NCBI GenBank assembly: GCA_942493325.1
Contig: OW818689.1
Coordinates: 2,664,583-2,728,582 of the forward strand
Source of the DNA: an uncultured Bacteroidales bacterium
GTDB taxonomy: Bacteria > Bacteroidota > Bacteroidia > Bacteroidales > Prolixibacteraceae
Length of the DNA stretch: 64,000 bases
Reading direction: 5' to 3'
In this document: in pieces, positions 38,875 through 48,676 of the stretch
Layout: each line of letters starts with the position of its first letter
How positions within the stretch are numbered: the first letter of the stretch is position 1
Notes under the pieces: model-generated
What the model was told of the DNA's origin: nothing
The model's input: only the letters and a program-made list of their open reading frames with translations
Databases searched by the model: none
Position numbers and translations under genes: made by a program

Positions 38875-39236
38875 TGGGGCAGGGAGCATGGGGCAGGGAG
38901 CATGGGGCATTGATGAAAAAGAGAAAATGAGACAATGTGCCAATGTGCTAATGTGACGATGAGAAGATGCGATCTTGCGAAAAGGCGATAGGGCGAAAAT
39001 GCAGATCAGAGCATTGTAGAGACGCACGGCCGTGCGTCTGATGACCAATCAAACGGGACGAAGGGGGAATGGGAGAAAAAGAAGTGACCGGGTGACTTTT
39101 TAAGGAAAGAAAAGAAGCCCGTTAGTTTAAACTCTATTTTGAAATGCAGTCACCCGGTCACTTCTTTGAATCTGGAAGCAACACCTATATTTTGAAAGAA
39201 TTCGTGCAATTCGTCTTAATTCGTAAAATTCGTAAA
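38875..39236 (+). repeat. Composite word-repeat element, locus C (most complete copy; fills a convergent intergenic region end to end)
   Basis: Order of modules: G-tract words 38875-38910; GAGAAAATGAGACAATGTGCCAATGTG...GCGAAAAGGCGATAGGGCGAAAATG 38921-39001; 20-bp palindrome 39020-39039; GGGGGAATGGGAGAAAAA 39063-39080; 17-bp IR pair 39081-39097 / 39148-39164; M1 module 39172-39235. Confidence 0.75.
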
Positions 39237-40169
39237 TTAAATATCAAACCTGTCACCATCATTCGCCGGAAAAGTGTTCTGAAAAACAGTTCTTGCTTCA
39301 TCAACGAGCGGTTTTACACTTTTATAACGGCTCGAAAAATGACCGATGATCAGCTTTTTAACCCCGGCCTCGCGTGCAAGCTCTGCCGCCTGTAATGATG
39401 TGGTATGACAGGTTTTCAATGCCAGTAACTTTAATTCATGGGCAAAGGTTGCCTCATGATAAAGCAGATCGACATTTTCAAGTACAGGGATAATCTGTTT
39501 TCGGTAAACCGTATCAGTGCAGAAGGCATACGCACGGATCGGATCAGGTGGAAAGGTAAGCTCCTGATTCGGAATAATCTTACCTTCCGGTGTCAGGTAA
39601 TCAGCCCCTGATTTGATAAGTAACCTTTCTTTGATGGGAATTTTTAAAAAATTAACTACCTCCCCGCGAAGATGAAGCTCATGAAGTTTCTCCCTGAAGA
39701 TAAATCCGCAGCAGGGAATTCGGTGTTTCAGCGGAAAAGATTCTACACTAAGCTTTGAATCCTCGTAGATAACAGCCCGGCCACGAAAACTTAATGGATG
39801 ATAAATTACCCGGAAATCATCAAATTCATTCATGAACTTCATCAGATGATCCATCATGATCTTCAGTTCGGAGTGGGCATAAATGTGCAGCTCCCCTTTC
39901 TTCCCACCCAGAGCAATTGTCGAAATTAACCCGGGCAATCCGAAAATATGATCCCCATGCAGGTGAGAGATAAAGATATGGTTGATTTTACCTGCTTTAA
40001 ATCCGAATTTACGCAGCTGGATTTGCGTCCCTTCACCGCAGTCAATCAGAAACAACCGATCGTTAAGATTTACAACCTGGGAGGTTGGAAACCTGTCTGA
40101 GGTGGGAAGAGCAGAACTACTGCCTAAAATAGTCACCGAAAAAGGGAGCATTACAAATCTTTTTTTCAA
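39237..40169 (-). CDS. rnz: Ribonuclease Z (MBL fold)
   Basis: 310 aa. IDCGEGTQ and the metallo-beta-lactamase motif ISHLHGDH. Confidence 0.88.
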   Translation of the reverse strand: MKKRFVMLPFSVTILGSSSALPTSDRFPTSQVVNLNDRLFLIDCGEGTQIQLRKFGFKAGKINHIFISHLHGDHIFGLPGLISTIALGGKKGELHIYAHSELKIMMDHLMKFMNEFDDFRVIYHPLSFRGRAVIYEDSKLSVESFPLKHRIPCCGFIFREKLHELHLRGEVVNFLKIPIKERLLIKSGADYLTPEGKIIPNQELTFPPDPIRAYAFCTDTVYRKQIIPVLENVDLLYHEATFAHELKLLALKTCHTTSLQAAELAREAGVKKLIIGHFSSRYKSVKPLVDEARTVFQNTFPANDGDRFDI

Positions 40170-40447
40170 ACGTACATGAAAAACGGCGATTCAACAAAAC
40201 AAACAAAATAAAAAAATAGTGCTGCCCGCGAACAAATTATCGTCTTAATTTGTATTTAGACTAAATACACATAAGCTGCACGCGACATTACATGGTGGCA
40301 GCGAATTATTATTTCATCGGGAAGAGATCAGATATCCTGTTGTGCTATCTGGTGCAGAAAAAATATTTAACCATGATATTGGAAAATAATAAGTTAGTAT
40401 GATGATTTACTTTAAACGCTTTAATTGAATTATTAATTTGAATTGAA

Positions 40448-40891
40448 ATGAAAACAAAATTACTTACCCTCTCAGTGCTGATGTTATTCTTTGCATTCGG
40501 GATAACATCGTGTGACAAAGATGATGACGAAGATCCAACAATTACGTACAATGTAGTTTTGAATGGTGCAAAAGAAGTGCCTGCAAATCCATCAACTGCA
40601 ACCGGCACAGCACGTTTTACCTATGACACGCTCACCTATACCCTGAGTGGTTGGGTTAAGTACTCGGGCTTCACCGGAACCAACGCTCATATTCATAAAG
40701 GTGCTGCTAATGTGTCAGGTGGTGTAGTTTTCCCGCTTACTGCACCCTTCGACGTATCACCAATTGTCCTGGCTCCTGTTGTATTGAATGCCGCTCAACA
40801 GGCAGACCTGAAGGCCAATTTATATTACATAAATGTACACAGTGCGACTTACCCCGGCGGGGAAATCAGGGGACAATTAATTAATCCATAA
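40448..40891 (+). CDS. CHRD domain lipoprotein
   Basis: 147 aa. Lipobox FAFGITSC. NAHIHKGAANVSGGVVFPL and YINVHSATYPGGEIRGQL are CHRD signatures. Confidence 0.8.
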   Translation: MKTKLLTLSVLMLFFAFGITSCDKDDDEDPTITYNVVLNGAKEVPANPSTATGTARFTYDTLTYTLSGWVKYSGFTGTNAHIHKGAANVSGGVVFPLTAPFDVSPIVLAPVVLNAAQQADLKANLYYINVHSATYPGGEIRGQLINP

Positions 40892-41023
40892 GGCTATTGG
40901 ATTGAAGGTAATAATTACCTGAACTATACGTCTGGTCCTGTGAGATCATTGATGGTTTTGTACAAATGCTTAACCTGAAGAGAAATTATTGCTTTCACAG
41001 GGCACAGGTGAATTAAGCGTAAA

Positions 41024-41058
41024 AAAAACCCGGCTGTTGAGACCGGGTTTCTTTCTTT
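41024..41058. terminator. Bidirectional rho-independent terminator
   Basis: A-run, stem AACCCGG / CCGGGTT with a 9-nt loop, then TTTCTTTCTTTG. It sits between convergent genes. Confidence 0.65.
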
Positions 41059-41059
41059 G

Positions 41060-41413
41060 TTATAATTGAGATTTCATGATGAGTAGTTTTTCAGCCTCCT
41101 CAAAGTTTGCCGCTATGACCAGTATCGTATCGAGCATGGCCAGCTTTATCAATTTTTCAACGTTGTCTGACAGACCGCAAATGACAAAGGTTCCATCAGC
41201 GTCCTCACAAAGCCGCTTTCCTACCAGGAGAGCACTCAGTCCAGAAGAATCACAATATATGCACTCCTCCAGATTTACAATAAGGTTACGTTCCTGACTG
41301 CTGGCAAGCATCACAAGTTTTGCTTTCAACTCAGGAGCGATAAAACTATCGAGACGCTCTTTGACAACTTTTACACAAGAAAAACCACCTGACTTGCGAA
41401 CGATAAAATTCAT
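41060..41413 (-). CDS. STAS-domain protein (anti-sigma-factor antagonist, SpoIIAA-like)
   Basis: 117 aa. The pattern is L....NLIVNLEEC.YCDSSGLSALL. Confidence 0.8.
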   Translation of the reverse strand: MNFIVRKSGGFSCVKVVKERLDSFIAPELKAKLVMLASSQERNLIVNLEECIYCDSSGLSALLVGKRLCEDADGTFVICGLSDNVEKLIKLAMLDTILVIAANFEEAEKLLIMKSQL

Positions 41414-41455
41414 GGTTGCTGCTTAAGGGGATAATACCCAATCAATAATCTGCTT

Positions 41456-43333
41456 TTAGTTATCTCTTTTCTCTTTCTCTTCCATCTGAGTTCTCAAGGC
41501 AGCCAGTTCGCTGATATCACCAAGAGTGGTCTTCTCAACATTATCTTTAAGGGTTTTCATCCCTTTCTGAGTCTGTTTTGCAGTAGCCTTCTTCTTAGCG
41601 GTTTCTTCCGTCTTTTTAGCGTCCTCATACACCCTTGAATGGGAAAGAATGATTCTTTTTGCTGATTTCGAGAATTCAATAACCTTAAAATCAAGTTTCT
41701 CATCCATCTTGACATTCGAGCCGTCTTCCTTTACAAGATGACGTGGAGTAGCGAATCCTTCAACACCATAAGGCAATGCAATTACTGCACCTTTGTCGAA
41801 AAGATCAATTACGGTACCTTCATGCACTGAATCAACGGTGAAGATAGTTTCGAATACATCCCATGGATTCTCTTCGAGCTGTTTATGGCCAAGACTTAAC
41901 CGACGATTTTCCTTGTCGATATCGAGTACCTGAACATCAACTTCTGCGCCGATGGACGTAAATTCTGACGGATGTTTGATCTTTTTGGTCCAGCTAAGGT
42001 CGCTGATATGAATCAAACCGTCAACTCCTTCTTCAATTTCGACAAATACGCCAAAATTGGTAAAGTTACGAACACGTGCTACATGGTTAGAACCAATCGC
42101 ATATTTAGCTTCGATCTTATCCCATGGGTCATTTTTCATCTGTTTGATACCCAATGACATTTTGCGCTCTTCGCGATCAAGAGTAAGAATAGTTGCTTCA
42201 ACTTCGTCACCTACTTTAAGGAAGTCCTGCGCCGAACGAAGATGCTGTGACCAGCTCATTTCAGAAACATGGATCAAACCTTCAACTCCGGGAGCGATTT
42301 CGATGAATGCGCCATAATCGGCCATCACAACCACTTTACCTTTCACAACATCGCCAACTTTAAGCTCTGCGCTGAGGTTATCCCATGGGTGAGATGACAA
42401 TTGTTTAAGACCAAGGGCGATACGTTTTTTATCGTCATCAAAATCAAGAATAACAACATTGATCTTCTGATCGAGTTGTACAATCTCGTTAGGATGAGCG
42501 ACACGTCCCCAGCTTAAATCGGTAATGTGAATTAAACCGTCTACACCGCCAAGGTCAATAAATACTCCGTAAGAGGTGATATTCTTAACAGTTCCTTCAA
42601 GAACCTGTCCTTTTTCAAGTTTGGATATGATGTCCTTCTTCTGCTGCTCAAGTTCTGCTTCAATAAGCGCTTTATGCGAAACAACAACATTACGGAACTC
42701 ATGGTTGATCTTCACAACTTTGAATTCCATCGTTTTGTTCACATAAATGTCGTAATCACGGATTGGTTTAACATCAATCTGCGATCCCGGCAGGAAGGCT
42801 TCAATTCCGAAGACATCTACTATCATACCACCTTTAGTGCGGCATTTAATGAATCCGGTAATAATTTCGTCATTTTCGAGCGCTGCGTTAACACGATCCC
42901 AGCTGCGCATTGCACGGGCTTTCTTGTGTGATAGTGTTAGCTGCCCTTTTTTGTCCTCGAGGGTTTCGACATAAACTTCGACTTTATCGCCGATTTTTAA
43001 TGCCGGATTGTAACGGAATTCGTTTACAGATACAATACCGTCTGATTTATAACCGATATCTACAACAACTTCGCGTTTGTTCATCGCGATAACTTTTCCG
43101 TCAACAACTTCCTTCTCCTGAAGTATCGAAAGTGTATTGTCGTACATTTCAGTCATCTCTTTCTTACTGGCTGTACTATTGATAGACTTGACACCTTCGA
43201 AGGCATCCCAGTCAAAATCTTCATCAGCTTTGGCCGATGTTTCTTTTAGCACCCTTACAACGGGAGTTGCAGGGACTTTAGCAGCAATTTCTGCCGCCTC
43301 GTTAATTTCGGGGTTTTCATTAAATTCACTCAT
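41456..43333 (-). CDS. rpsA: 30S ribosomal protein S1
   Basis: 625 aa with six S1 (OB-fold) repeats, e.g. GFIKCRTKGGMIVDVFGIEAFLPGSQ and GTVKNITSYGVFIDLGGVDGLIHITD. Confidence 0.95.
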   Translation of the reverse strand: MSEFNENPEINEAAEIAAKVPATPVVRVLKETSAKADEDFDWDAFEGVKSINSTASKKEMTEMYDNTLSILQEKEVVDGKVIAMNKREVVVDIGYKSDGIVSVNEFRYNPALKIGDKVEVYVETLEDKKGQLTLSHKKARAMRSWDRVNAALENDEIITGFIKCRTKGGMIVDVFGIEAFLPGSQIDVKPIRDYDIYVNKTMEFKVVKINHEFRNVVVSHKALIEAELEQQKKDIISKLEKGQVLEGTVKNITSYGVFIDLGGVDGLIHITDLSWGRVAHPNEIVQLDQKINVVILDFDDDKKRIALGLKQLSSHPWDNLSAELKVGDVVKGKVVVMADYGAFIEIAPGVEGLIHVSEMSWSQHLRSAQDFLKVGDEVEATILTLDREERKMSLGIKQMKNDPWDKIEAKYAIGSNHVARVRNFTNFGVFVEIEEGVDGLIHISDLSWTKKIKHPSEFTSIGAEVDVQVLDIDKENRRLSLGHKQLEENPWDVFETIFTVDSVHEGTVIDLFDKGAVIALPYGVEGFATPRHLVKEDGSNVKMDEKLDFKVIEFSKSAKRIILSHSRVYEDAKKTEETAKKKATAKQTQKGMKTLKDNVEKTTLGDISELAALRTQMEEKEKRDN

Positions 43334-43383
43334 TCAAAATGTTCTTGTAATTAATAAATTAGACATTATTTTATTTTGTGCCG

Positions 43384-43414
43384 CAAAATTAGAATTTATA
43401 CCTTAAATATCAAA
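43384..43414 (-). promoter_or_regulatory. Bacteroidota-type promoter for rpsA
   Basis: The minus strand reads TTTG (43414-43411), N19, then TAATTTTG (43391-43384), about 50 nt upstream of the ATG. Confidence 0.55.
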
Positions 43415-43593
43415 TGATAATCCTGTTTATTTCAATTAAGGCACAATATAAGTTACTGCAATGGCTGATCTATTTTAAAAAAATAATTAATGAACCATGA
43501 ATATATCATTAAATTTAAAAACACCGCTATCTTTGAATAATCATTTTGCATTCAGGCCTTAGAGAATTAAAAACTGTGTTAACGATTAAAAAT

Positions 43594-45339
43594 ATGAATA
43601 CTACCGAAACTCCTGCAATCATTTTACAGCGTGCCAATGAGTGGTTAAACGGAAATTACGATGAGCTTACAAAGGATGAAGTTCGTCTGCTGCTCAATAA
43701 TGAAAACAATACAGCCTTAACAGATGCATTTTACCGCGACCTTGAATTCGGAACCGGTGGACTGCGCGGGATTATGGGGGCAGGATCGAATCGCATGAAC
43801 ATCTACACGGTAGGCGCCGCGACCCAGGGCCTCAGTAATTATCTTAAAATAGCATTTGCCACATTGCCGCAAATCAGTGTAGCGATTGCCTATGATTGCA
43901 GGAATAACAGCCGTCTTTTTGCCGAAACAGCAGCCGGAATTTTTTCGGCCAATGGTTTCAAAGTTTACCTTTTCGAAGATTTACGCCCCACTCCGGAACT
44001 TTCGTTTGTGATTCGGGAACTTGGCTTACAGAGCGGAATTATCCTCACCGCTTCACACAATCCCAAAGAATACAACGGATATAAGGCTTATTGGGACGAC
44101 GGTTCCCAGATTGTCGAACCGCATGATGTAAATATCATCGCCGAGGTTTTAAAAGTTAAGGTTGATGATATAAAATTTAACGGACCTAAAGAAAATATCA
44201 CCATTCTTGGTGCAGAGATGGATGAAAAATTCCTTCAGAAAGTAATCTCTGTTTCGCTGTCACCCGATGCCATTAAGCGCCAGCAAGATCTTAAAATTGT
44301 TTATACACCAATCCATGGCACCGGGGTAAAAATCATCCCGATGGCACTGGCCAAAATGGGTTTTAAAAATATCATCCATGTTCCTGAACAGGATATCGTA
44401 AGCGGCGACTTTCCAACAGTAGTATCACCTAATCCTGAAGAGCCGGCAGCGATGAAACTGGCCATCGAAAAGGCCATCGAAACGGATGCCGACATCGTAA
44501 TGGCTTCTGATCCCGATGCCGACCGGTTAGGCATAGCTGTAAAAAATGACAAGGGTGAATTTATTCTGGTCAACGGAAACCAGACAGTACTTATCTTCCT
44601 GTACTATATTATTACACGGCGCAAGGAACTTGGTCTGCTGAAGGGGAAACAGTATGTGGTAAAAACAATTGTAACCTCTGAATTAGCGGCCGAAATAGCC
44701 CTGAAAAACGGGGTTGAGTATTACGATTGTTACACGGGCTTCAAATATATTGCTGAGGTAATTCGTGAAAATGAAGGCATTAAGGAATATATCGGCGGTG
44801 GGGAAGAGAGTTTTGGATTTCTCCCTTCCGATTTTGTCCGCGATAAGGATGCCGTGAGTTCATGTGCCCTGATGGCCGAAATTGCTGCATGGGCAAAGGA
44901 TAATGGACGCACGTTGTTCGAAATGCTCCAGGACATCTACCTAACCTATGGATATTCGAAGGAAAAGATGAAATACATTGTGCGCAAAGGGAAAACCGGT
45001 GCAGAAGAGATCGGACAAATGATGGTAAATTTCAGGAATAATCCACCTAAACAACTGGCAGGATCAGCACTGCAGGTAGTTAAGGATTATGAAACGATCA
45101 CCGAAAAGAACCTGGTTACCGGCGATCAGAAAGCCATTAATCAGAAAATTACCTCTAATGTACTGCAGTTTTTTACTGAGGATGGGACCAAGGTATCGGT
45201 CCGGCCCTCGGGAACCGAACCCAAGATCAAATTTTACATCGAAGTTAAAGATTCACTGACATCGCGCGACCAGTACGATGCCGTTGCGGCCCGGACTGAC
45301 CTTAAAATTGAACAGGTGATGAATGATCTTGGGCTTTAA
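43594..45339 (+). CDS. Phosphoglucomutase/phosphomannomutase family phospho-sugar mutase
   Basis: ATG at 43594 (MNTTETPAI...). Active-site loop TASHNPKEYNGYK, metal loop ASDPDADRL, sugar loop GGEESFG. Confidence 0.9.
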   Translation: MNTTETPAIILQRANEWLNGNYDELTKDEVRLLLNNENNTALTDAFYRDLEFGTGGLRGIMGAGSNRMNIYTVGAATQGLSNYLKIAFATLPQISVAIAYDCRNNSRLFAETAAGIFSANGFKVYLFEDLRPTPELSFVIRELGLQSGIILTASHNPKEYNGYKAYWDDGSQIVEPHDVNIIAEVLKVKVDDIKFNGPKENITILGAEMDEKFLQKVISVSLSPDAIKRQQDLKIVYTPIHGTGVKIIPMALAKMGFKNIIHVPEQDIVSGDFPTVVSPNPEEPAAMKLAIEKAIETDADIVMASDPDADRLGIAVKNDKGEFILVNGNQTVLIFLYYIITRRKELGLLKGKQYVVKTIVTSELAAEIALKNGVEYYDCYTGFKYIAEVIRENEGIKEYIGGGEESFGFLPSDFVRDKDAVSSCALMAEIAAWAKDNGRTLFEMLQDIYLTYGYSKEKMKYIVRKGKTGAEEIGQMMVNFRNNPPKQLAGSALQVVKDYETITEKNLVTGDQKAINQKITSNVLQFFTEDGTKVSVRPSGTEPKIKFYIEVKDSLTSRDQYDAVAARTDLKIEQVMNDLGL

Positions 45340-45437
45340 TCCTTACTGTTTTTTAAGCTAAATAATGTTGGAACAGTGTATTTTTGTCTCAACACCGAAA
45401 TTTAATGTTTTAATCAATTTAATAAACTGTTACGAAA

Positions 45438-46202
45438 ATGAAAAAAATTCTTTTAGGACTATGCCTTGTTGGCGCGTTTACTGCAAATGCTCAGAATCAG
45501 AAACCCGAGGATGCAAAAATGAAACCGGAGATGACCGAATTCTGGGATCCTGAAGTAAAGGTGGTAACACCGGCAGAAAGTAATCTGAATGCCCCTTCAG
45601 ATGCGATTGTTCTTTTTGACGGGACCAGTGAGACTTTGCTCCAAAACTGGAAAAACGGAAAAGGCGAAGCCCCGGGATGGAATGTCGCTGATAATTGTGT
45701 TACCGTGACTAAAGGTACCGGTACGATACAGACGAAGATGGATTTTGAAGATTATCAGTTACATATCGAATGGCGTTCGCCCGCCGAAGTAAATCCTGAG
45801 AGTAAAAGTCAGGGACGCGGAAACTCCGGGATTTTTATGCAGGGAAAATACGAATTACAGGTTCTTGACAACTATGATAACCGCACCTACCGCAATGGTC
45901 AGGCAGGTTCGTTTTACAAACAACATGCTCCGCTTGTGAACGTCTGTAAAAAACCCGGTGAATGGCAGACCTATGATGTGATCTATACTGCCCCAAGGTT
46001 TAAGGCCGACAGCACCTTATTTTCTCCGGCACGTGCCACTGTTCTTCACAATGGTGTTCTTGTACAAAACAATGTTCATTTATCGGGACCTACAGAATAC
46101 ATCGGAATTCCTAAATACAAATTTCATGGCCCGGGCCCTATTGTTCTCCAGGATCATGGCAATCCGGTCAGTTTCAGAAATATCTGGATCAGGAAATTAT
46201 AA
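45438..46202 (+). CDS. DUF1080 (3-keto-disaccharide hydrolase-like) secreted protein
   Basis: 254 aa with a signal peptide. The DUF1080 pattern is present: W..G.......W.V.D..., NSGIF, LQDHGNPVSFRNIWIRKL. Confidence 0.85.
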   Translation: MKKILLGLCLVGAFTANAQNQKPEDAKMKPEMTEFWDPEVKVVTPAESNLNAPSDAIVLFDGTSETLLQNWKNGKGEAPGWNVADNCVTVTKGTGTIQTKMDFEDYQLHIEWRSPAEVNPESKSQGRGNSGIFMQGKYELQVLDNYDNRTYRNGQAGSFYKQHAPLVNVCKKPGEWQTYDVIYTAPRFKADSTLFSPARATVLHNGVLVQNNVHLSGPTEYIGIPKYKFHGPGPIVLQDHGNPVSFRNIWIRKL

Positions 46203-46207
46203 CATGA

Positions 46208-46247
46208 TTTGTTGTTGGGACAGGGCGTGCCCTGTCCCAACAACAAA
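46208..46247. terminator. Very strong hairpin between convergent genes (19-bp arms)
   Basis: TTTGTTGTTGGGACAGGGC GT GCCCTGTCCCAACAACAAA. There is no clean T-run, so it may be a bidirectional terminator or an mRNA-stabilising hairpin. Confidence 0.6.
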
Positions 46248-46250
46248 TCA

Positions 46251-47147
46251 TCATGATGAATGAATTTTTGTCAGCCGGTCGCACAGGTCTTTCAACCCTT
46301 CAGGGGTATCGCCGCCAGGTTGTTCAATGGTTGTCCAGTTATTGTAGCTGATATCATCGAGGGCCTTCATTACCAGAGGCCAGTTTACATCACCTTCGAG
46401 CAGTTTTACCCCAAAACCGGCACCTTTGCCCTTGGTATCAGCAATCTTACGACTGTATTCCTTAATGTGAACCTTCGCTATACGGGGCCCAAGAATTTTT
46501 ATCCATTGTTCGGGCCATCCGAATGCGAGGATATTGCCGCAATCAAAATAGGAAGCCACCATACTGCTTTTAAACTGATCAACGTAATAAGCAGCCTCAA
46601 CGGGACTCAGCAGGAAATTATTCCATACATTTTCGATCGCTATTTTAACATTCAATTGTTCGGCAAGAGGAATCATTTTTTTGATCTCTTCGGTTGTGCG
46701 TTTCCAGCAATCGTCATAACTAACCGCTTCGCTTACGCGGCCCGGAACGAGCAGTACCGTATCGGCACCATAAGCTTTGGCATCTTCGAGACCCAGCTTA
46801 AGCGCTTCAATACCCTGGTCGCGTACCGAAGCATCCGGATCAGATAAAAGTAATTTCCAATGCAATGCACAGCAGACACTCGGAATGATTAAACCGGTGG
46901 CATCACGCGCCTTTAAAACTTCATTCCTGTCGAGGTGACTCATTACTTCCACGCCATCAAAACCTGCCTTTTTTGCGGCCTCAAATTTTTCGGCAATAGT
47001 CTTCCCGACACCAATACTGCCCCACATGATCCCTTTTTTCAGGCTGCGGCCTGCCGGTTGCCGGACAGTGGAAAAACCGTTAATGGAAGCTGCTGAAATC
47101 GCGGCGGTTGCCAAAATCGTATTCTTTGTAAATTGTCGTCTGTTCAT
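46251..47147 (-). CDS. Sugar phosphate isomerase/epimerase (xylose-isomerase-like TIM barrel) with Tat signal
   Basis: 298 aa. MNRRQFTKNTILATAAISAASING, FDGVE and IAIENV patterns. Confidence 0.85.
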   Translation of the reverse strand: MNRRQFTKNTILATAAISAASINGFSTVRQPAGRSLKKGIMWGSIGVGKTIAEKFEAAKKAGFDGVEVMSHLDRNEVLKARDATGLIIPSVCCALHWKLLLSDPDASVRDQGIEALKLGLEDAKAYGADTVLLVPGRVSEAVSYDDCWKRTTEEIKKMIPLAEQLNVKIAIENVWNNFLLSPVEAAYYVDQFKSSMVASYFDCGNILAFGWPEQWIKILGPRIAKVHIKEYSRKIADTKGKGAGFGVKLLEGDVNWPLVMKALDDISYNNWTTIEQPGGDTPEGLKDLCDRLTKIHSS

Positions 47148-47189
47148 ACCTTAATCAAATAAATATGCATGACAAAATATCGGATTCAC

Positions 47190-48542
47190 TTAAGTTAATT
47201 TTGCTTCCACACCTATAACCGGTACAGTTTCGGGAATATTTGGTACGGGTCCCATGGCATAACTCCGCGGACCGAGTGTGAGGTCCGAATTCAACATCTC
47301 ATCCCAGGTTACATCTTTGCCGGTATAGGCCGACATGCGCCCCATGATAGTGATCAGTGTCGAATTTACCTGGGCTTCCGCATCACTTATCGTCTTTCCC
47401 GTCCTGATCGCGGTTACCAGGTTTATATGTTCCTGGACATAGGGATCTTTAACTTTCCAGGTAAGGTCTGTATCTCCTTCTTTTGGATGCTCGTATTTCC
47501 ATACTGGATTTCCTTTCAGATCAAAAAGAGCACCACTACAGTCGGCATAACCCTTAGTTCCCGTTATTAGTTCCTTTTTCAGGTTACTGCAACCGCTAAT
47601 CTGGCGCGCTGCACAATGGGTATGCATTCCTGTATCATATACATATTCAATGCTAAAAAAGTCGTATTGATCACCTGTCATCCGGCGTTGCCTGCCACCC
47701 CACCCTATCGCTTTTACGGGGATTTTATCCACGAACCAGTTCATCACATCTACTTCATGGATAAACTGTTCAACAATATGATCACCGGACAACCAGGTAA
47801 AATTAACCCAGTTACGCAGCATATATTCCATGTCGCTCCATTCAGGCTGCCGGTTTTTAGCCCACAGCGATCCGCCGTTACGAATAATATTTGCCCCGAC
47901 AATTTCTCCAATTTCGCCATTTGCAACTCTTCGGTAAGTTTCCATATAATCCTTCTGTACGCGGCGGATTGTTCCGCTGACCATACATAAACCCATCTGC
48001 GCAGCTTTTTTTGAGGATATTAGTACCGAACGGGCACCAACTGGATCTACGGCAACCGGTTTCTCCATAAAGACATGTTTCCCCGCATTCACGGCTGCTT
48101 CAACATGCAATGGTCTGAAGTGCGGAGGTGTACAAAGCAAAACAACATCAACTCCTGAGTCAATTACTTTCTGATAATTATCGAAACCTGTAAAACATTT
48201 GGTATCATCGATTTCCACATTCCGCTGCTTTTTCAGTGTTGCACGGCAGGCATCGAGTTTATCCTGAAAGACATCACCCAGGGCGACAATCTGCAGATTA
48301 GGACCTGCATCCAGAAAATTAACAGCGGCTCCTGTTCCTCTTCCGCCGCAACCAATAAGTCCGGCCTTTAATACTCTTCCGTCCGGTGCCGCGTTAAGTA
48401 ACTCCGGCAACTTTACTTCAGCACCTTTCTTTTCGCTGCCTATACACGAGGCCAGTAGTCCGGCAGATCCCAAAGTACCTATTGTACCCAATGCAGTATT
48501 GGATAAAAATTTACGCCTGCTTAATTCATTTTTGTTTTCCAT
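47190..48542 (-). CDS. Gfo/Idh/MocA family oxidoreductase with Tat signal
   Basis: 450 aa. SRRKFLSNTALGTIG twin-arginine signal. Rossmann LKAGLIGCGGRGTGAA. EKPVAV motif. Confidence 0.88.
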   Translation of the reverse strand: MENKNELSRRKFLSNTALGTIGTLGSAGLLASCIGSEKKGAEVKLPELLNAAPDGRVLKAGLIGCGGRGTGAAVNFLDAGPNLQIVALGDVFQDKLDACRATLKKQRNVEIDDTKCFTGFDNYQKVIDSGVDVVLLCTPPHFRPLHVEAAVNAGKHVFMEKPVAVDPVGARSVLISSKKAAQMGLCMVSGTIRRVQKDYMETYRRVANGEIGEIVGANIIRNGGSLWAKNRQPEWSDMEYMLRNWVNFTWLSGDHIVEQFIHEVDVMNWFVDKIPVKAIGWGGRQRRMTGDQYDFFSIEYVYDTGMHTHCAARQISGCSNLKKELITGTKGYADCSGALFDLKGNPVWKYEHPKEGDTDLTWKVKDPYVQEHINLVTAIRTGKTISDAEAQVNSTLITIMGRMSAYTGKDVTWDEMLNSDLTLGPRSYAMGPVPNIPETVPVIGVEAKLT

Positions 48543-48676
48543 AACAGAGATAATTATAGTGCACTAAAAGTACGTAAATCTTATTATTAACAATGAATTT
48601 ATACAAATAATTTATCCGGTTGATACTAAATCATCTTTTTTTCCGATTACGATCAGTATCGGAGCATTCTGAATTT

